A stretch of 64,000 bases of DNA, from the NCBI RefSeq assembly GCF_006345805.1, contig NC_043003.1, positions 43,276,001 through 43,340,000 of the forward strand, given 5' to 3'. Position 1 is the stretch's first letter. Each line of letters opens with the position of its first letter. Shown here in pieces: positions 11,746 through 24,875 of the stretch. Below the pieces are notes generated by a model. It had not been told where the DNA came from. It did no database searches and saw only the letters and a program-made list of their open reading frames with translations. This stretch comes from Octopus sinensis (taxonomy: Eukaryota). A program made the position numbers and the translations under genes.

Positions 11746-13764
11746 AAAATCACTTACCAAGTTATTTTCTCATATCTATGATTTTATCTTGACTGTGGTT
11801 TACAATGTAAAAAGAAAATATTTCTCTTTGTGAAATGTTTCATTCAGATCCTCGAATCATCGAAGAATCGGTAAATGACGTTAAATTGATGAGTATCTTG
11901 CATATCAATGAATGGTTACGTTTTGACCTGGGTAATTAATCTTTGTCAACTACAATTCTGCGATCATCCTGTGAATTGTGTCCAGTTGAGTTCCAACCGT
12001 AAAGCTAATTAGCTTCCTTCAAAATACAAAAAAAAAACACAGAAAAAAAAAACAATTCAAAGGCTTATTGAACATACATACACTTATAATGTTGACAATC
12101 GGGCAAGTCTTTCATGGACGTTTGTTATTGTTATGTTCAGTCAGTGTTATAATACAAACGGATTTCATATTCAAATTCCTAGAAAGCAGTGAAAGAAGAT
12201 AATAGACCTCATCTATATAAAGCGGTAATTTATGCATAAAAAGTATTTCTATAAGTTTTTTGTATGTCCAATACAAAATAAACGTAACAGAATTCAGCTG
12301 TTTTGGATTCAAGCACGCACTTGCACACAAACATATATAAACAGGTATATAGTTACAACACATTAACTCACATCTCCTGACGATATGTGAGTTTGTATAT
12401 GTGTGTTTGTGTATGTATATGCATATAAGTGCGCTCATGGATATGTATATATATATGTGTGTGGTGTGTGTGTGTGTGTGAGTGTGTGTGTACGAGTGCG
12501 TATGCTTGTGTGTTTGTGCAAGTGTGCGTGTATGCGTGTGCTTGTGTGTTTGTGCAAGTGTGCGCATGTGTGTATGTGTGTATGAGTGTGTGTGTGTGTA
12601 TATGTGTACGTAACAATTATTTTTGACAGAAGTACTATTACTAGCGAAAGGCGAATTTTATATCCAACTGTTGTGATGATACTTACGACACCCACTCGCG
12701 AGATAGACTGGTCCGAGTAAAATATAATTAGCAACGATCCGAGTGAGGTTCAGAGTTCGGAATCGAATGGAGTTGTGTTATTTCGCAGTGAAGTCAAAAA
12801 GCGTCGGCGGATTAGTGTACAAGTAAAATTGTTTGTTAGTTCGTTACGTTATTCTTACTGTTGACTGGTTATCTTATTTATTGTACATAACAAATTACGT
12901 TACAACATCAACTTAGCTTGAACGTTATGTTACAACCTTGGACACAACAGTATTCACCTTGGGACAAACTCTCGTATAGATACATAATGCATAAAAGCAC
13001 AGCTACATATTGTTAGTAGACGAAATTCTCCTGGAATGTGCGTCAGTAATGACAAAATACGTGGTTTCTGCATACTACAATTCTTCAGTAGAAGCATATC
13101 ACTCTGATATGATTTATAGAAATTTAGTTTCTTTTGATTTGTGTGGGGAGAGAGAGTGGGAAAGAGAGAGTTTATGGTAGTAGAAATGTGCAATGTTCGT
13201 GTTTAATTACAAACAGCATGAATTTTTGATAAATTTCTGTGTGCATTTGATTTTTCTGCCTCTCTGATTTGGAATATCAAATTTCAGAATGGTATTATTA
13301 TTGTCACTAATACGTTCCTCAAAGATTACCGTCGATGAATACCATAGACACAATAGTCTCAATAAAACGTTGGAATTATTATGTTCTGAAATGCTATTAT
13401 CATCCAAAAATAATCTCCATTAATATTAGTTTCTTTGAGAAACTACAACGACAACTTAATCATAATCTTCAATATATTGGATCACAGTTGAGTGTTATGT
13501 TTTCAATAACATCATCAAAGGAAAGAAGCCTAAATCACAATCAACACTGTTAGCTTGTTAAAATAACTTTGTGACTAGCTAAATTATAGTTCATTGTCGA
13601 AAACTTTTATATAATGGGGTTTTATAAAATTTTACATGGAAACAGAATTGAAATCGTTTTCAAAATTTCTGACCTCGCACCGATATATGTTAAACGTTGC
13701 TGTGGTCAGAACAACAAATCTATTCTTTTCAAAAAAGCTATTCTATTCAAAATTTAGTGATGGC

Positions 13765-14951
13765 ATATTATCCGGTTATTTCATAAGTAATGCCGTTTTT
13801 CAGACCGTATTTTTTTAAACATGCTCTAACACGTTTAAACAAGATCTTGCCACGGGTGCATGGATATCACAGAACAAGGAATGCTTCAGTGTGATAGATT
13901 CTAGCTTTCAGACACACGAATAATTATTTGTTGCTCTAATAGACCTTCGTGAATACAGAGGTCACAAAAATGCATGCTAATGATGTCATGCTTTACGAGT
14001 ATGAAAACTTCAACAATGGGAGGTTAGCATGCAAGAAATGGTGCTTTGAAAAAAAAATAAAAAGGTGTTTTGAATATTCGAAAGTGGCAACGTTTGTTCC
14101 ATAAATTTTCAACAAAGAGACTTTAGCTTGGAAGGATCGCCGCTCTAGACACTCTATCGCTTTCGATAATGATGTGTTGAAAGTCGCTACAGGAATAAAT
14201 CAATATGCAACTGCTGAAGATTTAGCAGAAGAGGTTAATACATCGTCATCATTTGCTCATTGCCACTTGCAAGAACTTGGAATCATGTTTAAATTTGGCT
14301 AATGTGTTCCGCATGAACTGAGAGAAAACAATCGAAGAGAAAGTCTCATTATCTGAACTACCCTTTATCCACATAAGAAAAAATATCTCCATTTTTGAAC
14401 TGTCTAGAAACTGGTGATGAAAAGTGGATACTCTATAAGGAAGTTAAACGCCGACGTCAGTAGGTCAAACTTTCGTTGATATGTTTGGTGAAATACGCTT
14501 TGACACAAAACCAGACAAATACTGCTCAAGTGCACTGTGAAAAAATTAATAGAGTGAATGAAAAACTTCTAGAAGAAAGTGCTCTCTAGTCAATCGAAAG
14601 AGTGTCATTTTCCATCATCCCAATGCCAGAATTCATAGAAGAAGGATCAGTCAGATTGGGAAAGGTTTCCACATCATTCGTATACTCCTGACCTTGCTCC
14701 TCCGGATTTTCATTAATTCCGAAGCATGCAAAATTCTATTCATGGAAAAGAATACAATTTCTTAGAGGCAGTTGAAACGGATCTCCAAACGTTTTATAGG
14801 AATGATATAGAAAAACATTTTACAGCAGCATCAGAAGAATGTTATTGATTCAGATGGGGAATATATAAATGATTAAATTGGTACCTTTCTTACTTATTTT
14901 TTAAAAAATTTCTTTAATGCCTAATACAAAAACGATAGGCTGACCTGATAC
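13765..14951 (+). mobile_element. Degenerate mariner (Mos1-like) transposon
   Basis: Broken frames contain VPHEL, TGDEKWILY, FHHPNARIH (HHDNARPH-like) and YTPDLAPPDFH (YSPDLAPSDYH-like). Multiple stops. TIR-like end aaaacgataggctgacctgata. Confidence 0.8.
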
Positions 14952-15079
14952 ACTTACATTTGTATCATTAACAAAAGTCTTTCTCGGAATGAACATAAGA
15001 ACAAAATGATGTAAACTAGGTTACTGAATTGCAGGAAGATTCCTCACACGTACTCACAAAAAATGTTTTTGTTTTTCTT

Positions 15080-15335
15080 CTCTAGACACAAGGCCCGATT
15101 ATTATTTATTTTTGGTGAGGTGAAGGAGGGTGCCAGTCCATTAGATCGACCCCCTGGTACTTAGTTTATCGACCTGGTACTTAGTTTATCGACCTGGTAC
15201 TTAGTTTATCGAACCCGAAAGGATGAAAGCCAAAGTCGACCTCGGCAGAATTTGAACACAGAACGTAAAGACAGACGAAAATACTGCTAAGCACTTCGCT
15301 CGCTGTGCTAACGTTTCTGACAGCTCACCGCCTTT
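15080..15335 (-). mobile_element. SINE family A with an internal 20-bp triplication
   Basis: Family A body, with ctggtacttagtttatcgac x3 at 15154-15212. Confidence 0.85.
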
Positions 15336-15602
15336 TTGTTATCAAAAAAAAAAAAAAATACAACAAAAATTAAACCGATGTAACAAGAAATCTAAAAAGA
15401 GTTCTTCATATGTCTCATGAAGTCGTACTTATTAAAGTTTTCATACACTGGATAAAGATATATGCACCGATCGTAGAGACAAAATGACCGTTAATAAAAT
15501 CTCCTTATGATAATATTCTGAATAAGAGCTTCCACATAAATATCGAAAGTCTTTAAATGCATACTATCTTACATACATATATAAATATATATATATATAT
15601 AT

Positions 15603-15636
<34 letters not shown>

Positions 15637-16152
15637 TGAGTGTATGCATATATATGCATGTGGGCACACTATAAAGAAAGTTCTAGAGGAGCTCTTTAAA
15701 TTTTGATATGTTTACGTTACCATTTTCTTAGAAAGTGTATCAAGCATGAAAATTAATATCTGTTACCCATCATTTATGCCATAAAGAAAATTACTATCGT
15801 TGCATTCAGCAACTCAGCAGATTCTAAATCTCCCGTTTAATTCTCGGAATGTAGCTATCTATTCATCCACTAAGTGTCATACCTGCGCTTATATTACTCA
15901 ATTATTTTTCAGCTGCGAAAGAAACGTAAATTCCATATCAATTTGAATGCAGCATATTTTCATTTTTAAAACGCTTGCTTTTTTACAAGTGTCATGTAAA
16001 AAAAGTACGAGCGTAAATATATCGCAGAAACAATGAAATTTTTGAGACAGTTATTATAACTGCATCCGTATCGTGAGGGCAGATACAAGATGGATATATT
16101 TTAGAAGTGAACACCAGCGATATAGTTTACTATCATCACTCACATATTCTCG

Positions 16153-16206
<54 letters not shown>

Positions 16207-16472
16207 TATATATATAAATATATACATTTATAACATGTATATATGAATTTATGCATATATTTATATACGTACGTATGTATGTATTATGCACGTATACATG
16301 CATGTATGTAGGTATTTATGTATGTCTGTAGTGGGGTAAGAGTCACTTGCGTTGCGACCTAGTACACCAACAGGCTAGAATTTTATTATTGAGAGGTTGA
16401 CTCGACCAAAATAAAATTATTGCTAAATGGTAATAAGCCGTCTTCCGGAAATGTGTGTTTGTATTTATATAT

Positions 16473-16885
16473 ATAGGCGCAGGAGTGGCTGTGTGGTAAG
16501 TAGCTTGTTTACCAACCACATGTTTCCGGGTTCAGTCCCACTGCGTGGCACCTTGGGTAGGTGCCTTCTACTATAGCCTCGGGCCGACCAAAGCCTTGTG
16601 AGTGGATTTGGTAGACGGAAACTGAAAGAAGCCCGTCATATATATGTATATTATATGTATATGCGTGTGTGTGTTTGTGTGTCTGTGTTTGTCCCCCGCA
16701 ACATCGCTTGACAACCGATGCTGGTGTGTTTATGTCCCCGTAACTTAGCGGTTCGGCAATAGAGACCGATAGAATAAGTACTGGGCTTACAAAAGAATAA
16801 GTCCCGGGGTCGAGTTGCTCGATTAAAGGCGATGCTCCAGCATGGCCGCAGTCAAACGACTGAAACAAGTAAAAGAGTAAAAGAG
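16473..16885 (+). mobile_element. SINE family B, full length
   Basis: aggcgcaggagtggctgtgtggtaagtagcttg...catggccgcagtcaaacgactgaaacaagtaaaagag. Confidence 0.9.
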
Positions 16886-16914
16886 AGTATATATATATAT
16901 ATATATATATATTA

Positions 16915-17705
16915 TATTTCCTATTTCACCGATGTGCATCGTTTGATTTTGATTTTGTCGACTACACAGTATTGTAGGGTCAGTTGAGCACCGTCTTTGA
17001 GAAAAACAAAACCGTGACGTAATTCACTATGCCAGAAATTTGGAAACTGCATACTGTATTGCTTGGTGTTCGGGCCGGAAGCCCCAATAGGAACATTTCA
17101 GTCTGAGGACATGTAATGAGAGTGATGTGAATCAAACTTTCAATCAGCATCATGGTGTTCGGAGTGATCACTAGCGACGGCGACGTTAGGCTTGCATTCA
17201 TTTTCCCACACGACATCTGACTGAACACGGTGGCCTACATCAAGTACCTGGAGGAGGTAGTGTTGCCCTGGGTCAAGAGGGGGGGATGCTGGAAGACCCT
17301 ATGTCTGGCAACAGGACTCTGCACCATTCTACACAAGCAGGAGAACCCAGTCGTAGATGTCAGTCAATTTCTGCGACCACATCACCCCTAACATCTGGAT
17401 ACCTACCTCACCACACTGCAACCTGGTTGATTATTATGTAGGGCACAGTTGAGCGAGAGACTAACAAAACTCCTTGTAACACCAAAGATGAACTGAAGGC
17501 GAGGATGATGGCAGCATTCAACAACTTAAACAAAATGATCGTCCAGAAGTGTTGCAGAGGATTCCGAAGTCGTCTGGAGGCCGTAGTTGATGCGAATGAC
17601 GATTTTATTGTCAAAATTTATTCTCTAGTATTTCAAGATATTTTTATGTAATTTTGGTAAATATATCTCTTAAAATGAGATGTCAGTGTTATTTTCACTA
17701 TTGCG
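16915..17705 (+). mobile_element. DD37D (maT-type) Tc1/mariner-superfamily remnant, internally deleted
   Basis: YVWQQDSAP...IWIPTSPHCNLVDYY has exactly 37 codons between the 2nd and 3rd Asp, with one in-frame stop in that stretch. Paralogous to 40618-41440. Confidence 0.8.
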
Positions 17706-17707
17706 TA

Positions 17708-17713
17708 ATCTAT

Positions 17714-17799
<86 letters not shown>

Positions 17800-17800
17800 C

Positions 17801-17875
<75 letters not shown>

Positions 17876-17905
17876 ATGTCTGTGTATATATATATATATA
17901 TATAA
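17708..17905. repeat. Compound (TATC)n(TA)n(GT)n microsatellite
   Basis: Seen directly. Confidence 0.95.
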
Positions 17906-17979
17906 TTCCCTATGTGTTGTGCTCCATTACTTGATAGATGAAAAGATGTGTAAGCAAACGACGTAACGTATACTGCATG

Positions 17980-19085
17980 TAAAATCGAACAGGAGACGAG
18001 CAGAAGGTCTGTAATTCTTCATCAGTAATCGACCAATTCGTAATATTCAGTTTCGCACCTTCAACGATATGACTGAGTGCTTTCCAAGTGGCGGTGCCCA
18101 CCCCAAACTGGTTTTCTTGCAGAGAATTACGGAGAAGAGCAAAGAAAACAAAACAAAACAAGTAAAATGACATAGAGTGTGATTCAGGACGGTGGACGAT
18201 GACGAACAGTTGAACGAAATGTGGCCTTGGGTCCAAGGAAACGAATATAGTTGGTAACGCTTAGAAAATGTCTTGAAGGATGGAGAACGGGGAGACAGAG
18301 GATTGGTGACTGGTCAGCTTTGGGACCAGTGTAAGAAGGGAAGAAAAGGGGCAACTGGCCGCTGCTCACTTAACAGTAGCTGGTTGGGCACAGCAGATTG
18401 AAAGGGAAGGAGAAAGGCTAAGATTACAAGAGGGAGGGAGAGAAAAAGTGAACTTAGAAAGGCTAGAATAGAAATGAGAAGTTGAGAGAAAGAGAAGTGG
18501 AAAGAAGGAGGTAAGTATCACACAGGTACACACAAAACTTAGTTGTTAATACAATTTCGGTGTGGGTTGCGTTCTATTACTTGATTAACGAAAAAGATGT
18601 ATAAACAAATGACGTAAGACATCATCTGCCGTTACGTTCTGAGTTCAAATTCCTCCGAGGTCGAGTTTACCTTTCATCCTTTCGGGGTCGATAAATTAAG
18701 TACCAGTTACACCTTTTTTTACTCTTTCTTTTTCTTACACTAGTCCCGTAGCTGACCAGTTGCAACTACTCTTTCTCCCCGTTCTCCATCCTTCAAGATA
18801 TTTTCTAAGTGTTACCCCGTTTTCTCGTCTTCTTGGTCCCAAAGCCGTATTTTGTTCGACTGTTTGTCTTCGTCCACCGCCCTAAACCCCACTCTATGTC
18901 ATTTTGCTTTTTATGTTTGCTCTTGTCCCTAATTCTCTGAAAAAGAAAAAAAACATCTTTTGCGGGTACCGCCGATTGGGAAGTGGTCAGTCTTATCGTT
19001 AAAGGCTTGAATCTGAATTTTACCAATTGGTCGATAACTGATGACGAATTTCGGACCTTCTCTTTGTCCCCCGTTCGTTTTTAGA
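17980..19085. repeat. Large diverged inverted repeat (arms ~17980-18350 and ~18715-19085)
   Basis: For example, cttagaaaatgtcttgaaggatggagaacggggag on the left matches the reverse complement of ctccccgttctccatccttcaagatattttctaag on the right. Homology is continuous over about 370 bp at roughly 75% by eye. Confidence 0.85.
18625..18710 (+). mobile_element. SINE family A fragment inside the inverted-repeat spacer
   Basis: ctgccgttacgttctgagttcaaattcc...ggggtcgataaattaagtaccagtt. Confidence 0.8.
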
Positions 19086-19117
19086 TTAATTTATGTCTTT
19101 TGCTTATACATTTTTCC

Positions 19118-19182
<65 letters not shown>

Positions 19183-21872
19183 GCACACCACACATATATA
19201 TATATACATATATATATATATAGGAAAAATATATAAGCAAAATACATATATATATATATATATATATATGTATACACACACACATATATATATATATATA
19301 TAATTATATATGTATTTATATATTTGTGTGTGTGAGTCTGTGTAACTAGGTGTGTAGGTGTGTGTGTGTGTGTGTGGTGAGTAACTAAAGCGTTTTCTAT
19401 CTGGATTCCCATTAGTCTCTTCAAGGCACTCGCACATAAGAATTGAAGCTTGTCCACCACAAATTTCACTTCACAGGACGAATCTGCAATTATTTGGAAT
19501 CGTAATAGATGTCAGAGAATGAATGTTGAAATAGTAGATGTTGCAATGGAGCTATTTATTACTTTGCATTTGAAACTTTGAAAGAGCCTTTAGACTCACG
19601 GTGTTATCACGGAATCGTCAGAGGGAAATTATTTAAAAGAAATGGTTTCAAATTAATTGACACAGCTCATATTTGTAAGTAACTGGATAAAGCATAAGAT
19701 ATGGAAATATCAGTGGTAGTATGAATATATGCAATAAAAATATATAAAATATAGATAATGTGAAACATTACTGAGACCTCATACGAAAACAAGTTTAGCT
19801 TTTACTCATAACTAAGGGAAGTGAGGAGAAAAATCTAATTTATATAGCTGTTATATCTCTTCATTTATGTTCAGAATTAGAAAGAAGTTAAATACATTTT
19901 ATTTTATATGTTAATTTGTAAGAAATCCCAGTATCTCTAATATAATGCTCGAATTTACAAAATATATTTGAAATCATGATAGAAATCATATATTCTTCTC
20001 AAAAATGGGACAATATACAAGCCGACTACAAATATGAATGTTCAATAAGATTTGGTAAGAAACATTCGAATATAAATATTAACGATCTGTAATGTACCAT
20101 GGTCATTGAACTAGTTTATGAATACTGGGAGAATTAATATACTAAAGAAATACTTGTAAATATAAATAAACTTAAAACTAAACTGCAAGTTATATTACGT
20201 TTTTATTTCTTTTTAATTCCTGTAACACCATTATGCAAACAAACTGTACGGCGGAATTCTAACTAAATCGATTTCAGGTATACTGTTTGAGAATGTGTTT
20301 TCAGACACTGCTGCAAAAGAGAAGAGATATGAAAAAAACATGGCCATCTAGATGACCGCAATTGATATATACTTATCGATTTATAGAAGAAATAAAGGAA
20401 TAGGAAAAAAGATCTTGCAGGACTATGTTCTAGTTATAAGAATGATAGAGTTAATGTTTAATATTCAAATCAAAAACTCATTTAAATATTATAACCGTTA
20501 AATATTATTTTGAAAAACCATTATAGTTTTAAACTTTAACATTAGCAGAACGTAATGGAAAAAGAAATTTAAAGAGAAAAATGAAACTTAACTTTCTAAT
20601 AAAAGAGAAAGATCTCAAATTTATGAGTAAATATTTTATAACGTTAGTTAGTTTGAATACCTCTTGAAGAGATTTAGTTGAGAGACGGCATGTTACGTCA
20701 ATATTTATGTAAAAACGTGTATCTAAACTTTTGTATGTGGTTGGTTTATTATATAGCGAAACTTTACTACTAAAGTAGACTAATAATTTTAATATTAAAT
20801 TTATATATTTAAGCCATAACTAATAAAGATATTTATGTGTTTATGCCTTTCGATTCAATACCAGAAAACTGTATGCGTAAGTTTGTATGTGTGTGCCTAT
20901 CTAACTGTATTTTGTATTAATAGGAATGAGAATATACTTAATTAAATGTATAGATTTAAAATAAAGAAAGCTTTACGCGGATGTAGCGAGCTAGTTATAA
21001 ATAGTTGGATGGAATAAAACCTATGTGACAGATAGAATGGAAAGGAGGATAGTGTAAAATTAATTATTGGAATGTTATAGAAATAAAGAATATAACAGTC
21101 ATGCAACAACAGTACAATTTTAAAGCATTGATACATTCGCAAACACTTTCGCGAACAAACACAAACCTATGAGTAAGCGTTCAGCGTTTTTGTAGATGCT
21201 GCTTTTTGTATTAAATACATTACCGGGTATTCGGAAAAATTTGACAGTTTTCACAAAAGGAATAGAAGGCACAATATATACCATCCGAGACAAAAAATAA
21301 ACAAAAAAATTATAAAATAAAAAAGTAGATACCAAATACATTATGGCTGGAAGGTAACCGTTCACTCATAGTAGCCGCTGTCAGTTTCCACTACAGCCTC
21401 TAAACGACTATCACTATGCCCTTGAGAAAATCTATGAACATTTCTTTGACCATCAGCTCGACCTTGGTGTTGCTGTATTCCTTTAAAAACTGGATGTTCG
21501 TGTTCATACCAATTAGCATTGATTTAAATTCGAATAGATTATCAACGCTTTCATTTCAAAGTATAAAACAATAATCCAGATATCTAATTCGATATTATCT
21601 TATATATTGGTTAAATAAGTATCCACATCTTTGTAGTGATTATTAGTAGCAGTTGTAGTAGTAGCAATGTTAATAGTGCGATCAGGAAGGAAAAGGAGCG
21701 TCGCAGAGTTCAAATGTGTGTACTCCTACAAAGAACCAATGAGAGGACTGACCTTGGCCTTGAAAAGGTTCAACTTACCTTTTTCTGTTTTAATTACAAA
21801 TAGAAAATATAACAATAATAATACACAGGCACACACACACACGCACGCGCAAATACACACATACGCACACAA

Positions 21873-21906
<34 letters not shown>

Positions 21907-22073
21907 GTTTTCGAAATTGTGCAGTTTGTATATGTTGGCAGTAGTTTATCTCTTAAAGTTTCAAAGTTTTAATGGTCATCGTTTCTGTGTTTGGCTAGAG
22001 GGAACAAAAGTGTTCTTGTACTAAAAGTATGTTTACTAAAAGAAAGTTTATGTTTACCCAGGAAAGGATAGGC

Positions 22074-22074
<1 letters not shown>

Positions 22075-22143
<69 letters not shown>

Positions 22144-22165
22144 GTTATTGTTATTGTTATTGTCG

Positions 22166-22199
<34 letters not shown>

Positions 22200-22250
22200 T
22201 ATTATTATCATTATCATCATTATTATTATTATATTATTATTATTATTTTT
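22075..22250. repeat. Compound (ATT)n(GTT)(CAT)n(ATT)n microsatellite
   Basis: Seen directly. Abuts the 3' end of the R4/Dong-like element. Confidence 0.95.
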
Positions 22251-23580
22251 TTTTTTCTTCTTTCAAATTTGCTTCCATTTCTTGCCGAGTGTCTTCCCGA
22301 CTCCTAGGGCAAAGAAACTCATAGTATACATTGGTAGGCCATTAAACCAAACTCAATAGTTCGTTCATTAAAAAAATTTTTTTTTTAAAGTTAAATTAAA
22401 ATACATGAGCAGCAACAGTTCTCACATCGACAATGCTCTTCTCAATACGTGTGATGTACCAGTTAAGACAATCGTTTGCACTTCTTGCAGGGATGGTAAG
22501 CCAGGGATCATTCTCATATAATTTTCGGTTCCCTTCTTGATCATTCCTAGTGCTCCTACGATCACTGGTATTGTAACCGCCTTGAGATGCCACATTTTCT
22601 CAATTTCAATGAGTAGGTCTTTATATTTTCTGAGCTTGTCAATCTCTTTCGCTGAGATATTATGATCACAGGGGATGCTCATGTCGATCAATAAGCAAAC
22701 TTTATTGTTTTGGTCTTTCACAACAATATCTGGTTTATTGGCCTTGATGGTTCGGTCTGTATGTACTGCAAAGTCCCACAGAATGGTTACATTTTCTCCT
22801 TCAGTTACAGCCTCAGGGTGGTGATTATACCACTTATCGGCAGTTTTGATATTGTAATGCCGACTTATTAGCCAGTGTAGATATTGGCCAACTTTGTCAT
22901 GTCTTAATTTATACTCCACTGGTGCTAAGACTTTACATCCAGAGATTAGGTGGTCCACTGTTTCAATCATGTCATTGCAGAATCGGCATTTTGGGTCTGC
23001 TCCATTTTTCATTACATTGGCCTGGTAGTTCCGGGTTAATAGGCTTTGATCTTGAGCAGCCAGGATGAAACCTTCGCTATCTGCTTTTAACCCTGAGCTC
23101 CGTAGCCACTGATGGTTTGCTTTTGGTCAACATCAGCTTGTTTGCTACGGGCCACATATTTGCCGTGCAGAGGTTTCTCCACCCACCTATCAGCCAATTG
23201 CTCGTGTGCTTTTTTCGTTGCCATTATTTTCACCTTCTTTGCAACAATAGTTGCCGTACTTCCCTCGGGTTGTTCAGTTTGGCTATCCTGCACGAGATCA
23301 ATAGCAAATTTTTTGCTTTCCTTTATGATAGAATGAAGCTTCTTTCGTCTCTCGTGATTTTCCACGAGCTTTAGCATCCAGTCATTCGTTATTTCGAGAT
23401 ATTTGGCCAGTCCAATTGTGGTTGTTTTGTAAGCTAGTTCAAATTGGATCAGACCTCGACCTCCTTGGGCTCTGGGAAGGTAAAGGCGATCTACGTCTGC
23501 CTTTGGGTGGTGCGTCCTATTACAACTCAGCAGATTGCGTATTTTCCTATCTATATTCTTTACTTCACTCATATTCCAGT
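22250..23580 (-). mobile_element. 5'-truncated, young R4/Dong-clade (R2 superfamily) non-LTR retrotransposon with CCHC and RLE domains
   Basis: ORFs 23087-23584 (HPKADVDRLYLPRAQGGRGL) and 22422-23012 (KCRFCNDMIETVDHLISGC..RHDKV...WDF..ANKPDIVVKD..LLIDMSIP..KLRKYKDL...IPVIVGALG). Flanked on both sides by (TAA)n. Confidence 0.92.

Positions 23581-23645
<65 letters not shown>
23581..23645. repeat. (TAA)n microsatellite at the 5' junction of the R4/Dong-like element
   Basis: Seen directly. Confidence 0.95.
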
Positions 23646-23818
23646 GCCAGTTGTTCACTACCAGTGAACTAATGTAACATCTATTATTTTTCGGCAGGGG
23701 ATGGTGGTGATCCCTGCTGTATCTGAAATGTTCTTTATAAAATTATTTTAGTATTTTCTATTTTCTATTTTGACTTGTTTTTTCATATATATCAACTCGT
23801 GTGTTCCTTTTCACCCTT

Positions 23819-23871
<53 letters not shown>

Positions 23872-23891
23872 TATATGTATGTATGTGTGTA

Positions 23892-23946
<55 letters not shown>

Positions 23947-24483
23947 GTGTGTGTATACACGTACATACATATATATAAATAGGAAATAGCGGCACAACAA
24001 GGATGCAATTTTCGCTGGAAATAGCAGTCGATAACCGTTCGACGTTAGGTAAAGCCTCACTGAATATATAGAGCCAAATATGTGTGCAGGCGGCGAATAT
24101 AAAACAAATTTTCGTCTTACCTCTTGGAAGAACTCGAGAGAAATGGATAACCTAGTATTCGAGTTTCGTACTTTTTAGAATACGTTTGTTATCGTAAAAT
24201 ATTGGTCCGCATCGACTAGGTCTACCGAAAAGACTAAATTTTAATATCCGCTATATCAGTACCTGTATACCCGGCCAATAGCTTCAGCCATAAACAGAAC
24301 CGAGATCAATGAAAAAGTTTTGTATAAAAGAATAAATATTCTTACAACAAACTAATATTGTTTTCTAGCGAAATAAAGGTAGAATTATAATGAGGAAATT
24401 AATGAAATATACATTACATATATGAAATGTACAAAATATTCCTTGCTACAAGTCTAGATTTCTTTTAATTTCTGACACTTGTA

Positions 24484-24875
24484 GTCTGCATTGTTTCACC
24501 AAAAAGGAGAAATTATAATTGTCAATAAATGCGACTAGTGTGTTAGGAAACCTCTACTTTGCTAGAAATAAGAGCTAAACAGCTCTAATGATGTAGTTAA
24601 CGTGCATGAATGAACACATATACACTAACCGGGACGATAATCGTCCGAAAATGCCAATCGATAATTCTTAATTCTGACGTCAGTTCCAGCAATTCTCGAT
24701 CGGCACTTTTCGGACGATTGTGGTCCCTGTTAGTGTAAAGGTTTTCATTCATTTGCGTTAGCTACAACATTAGAGCTATTTAGCCCGTATTTCTAGTAAA
24801 GTAGGTTTTTTCCTTACACCCTACTCAAATTTAGTAATAATTATAATTCTCATTTGTGGTGAAATATTGCAAGCT
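24484..24875. repeat. ~400-bp diverged palindromic (fold-back/MITE-like) element, with a partial second copy at 25010-25195
   Basis: The left arm (e.g. tagaaataagagctaaacagctctaatgatgtag, aatcgtccgaaaa) is the reverse complement of the right arm. The axis lies in CTGAC|GTCAG at 24674-24683. Confidence 0.85.

Noticed and set aside
11758-11792. Minus-strand exon with a perfect TTG|gtaagt donor and a fair acceptor
   Set aside because: Stops in all three frames. It shows that good-looking splice pairs occur by chance here.
15154-15212. CRISPR-like repeat array
   Set aside because: The repeats are contiguous with no spacers, lie inside a SINE, and the DNA is eukaryotic with no cas genes.
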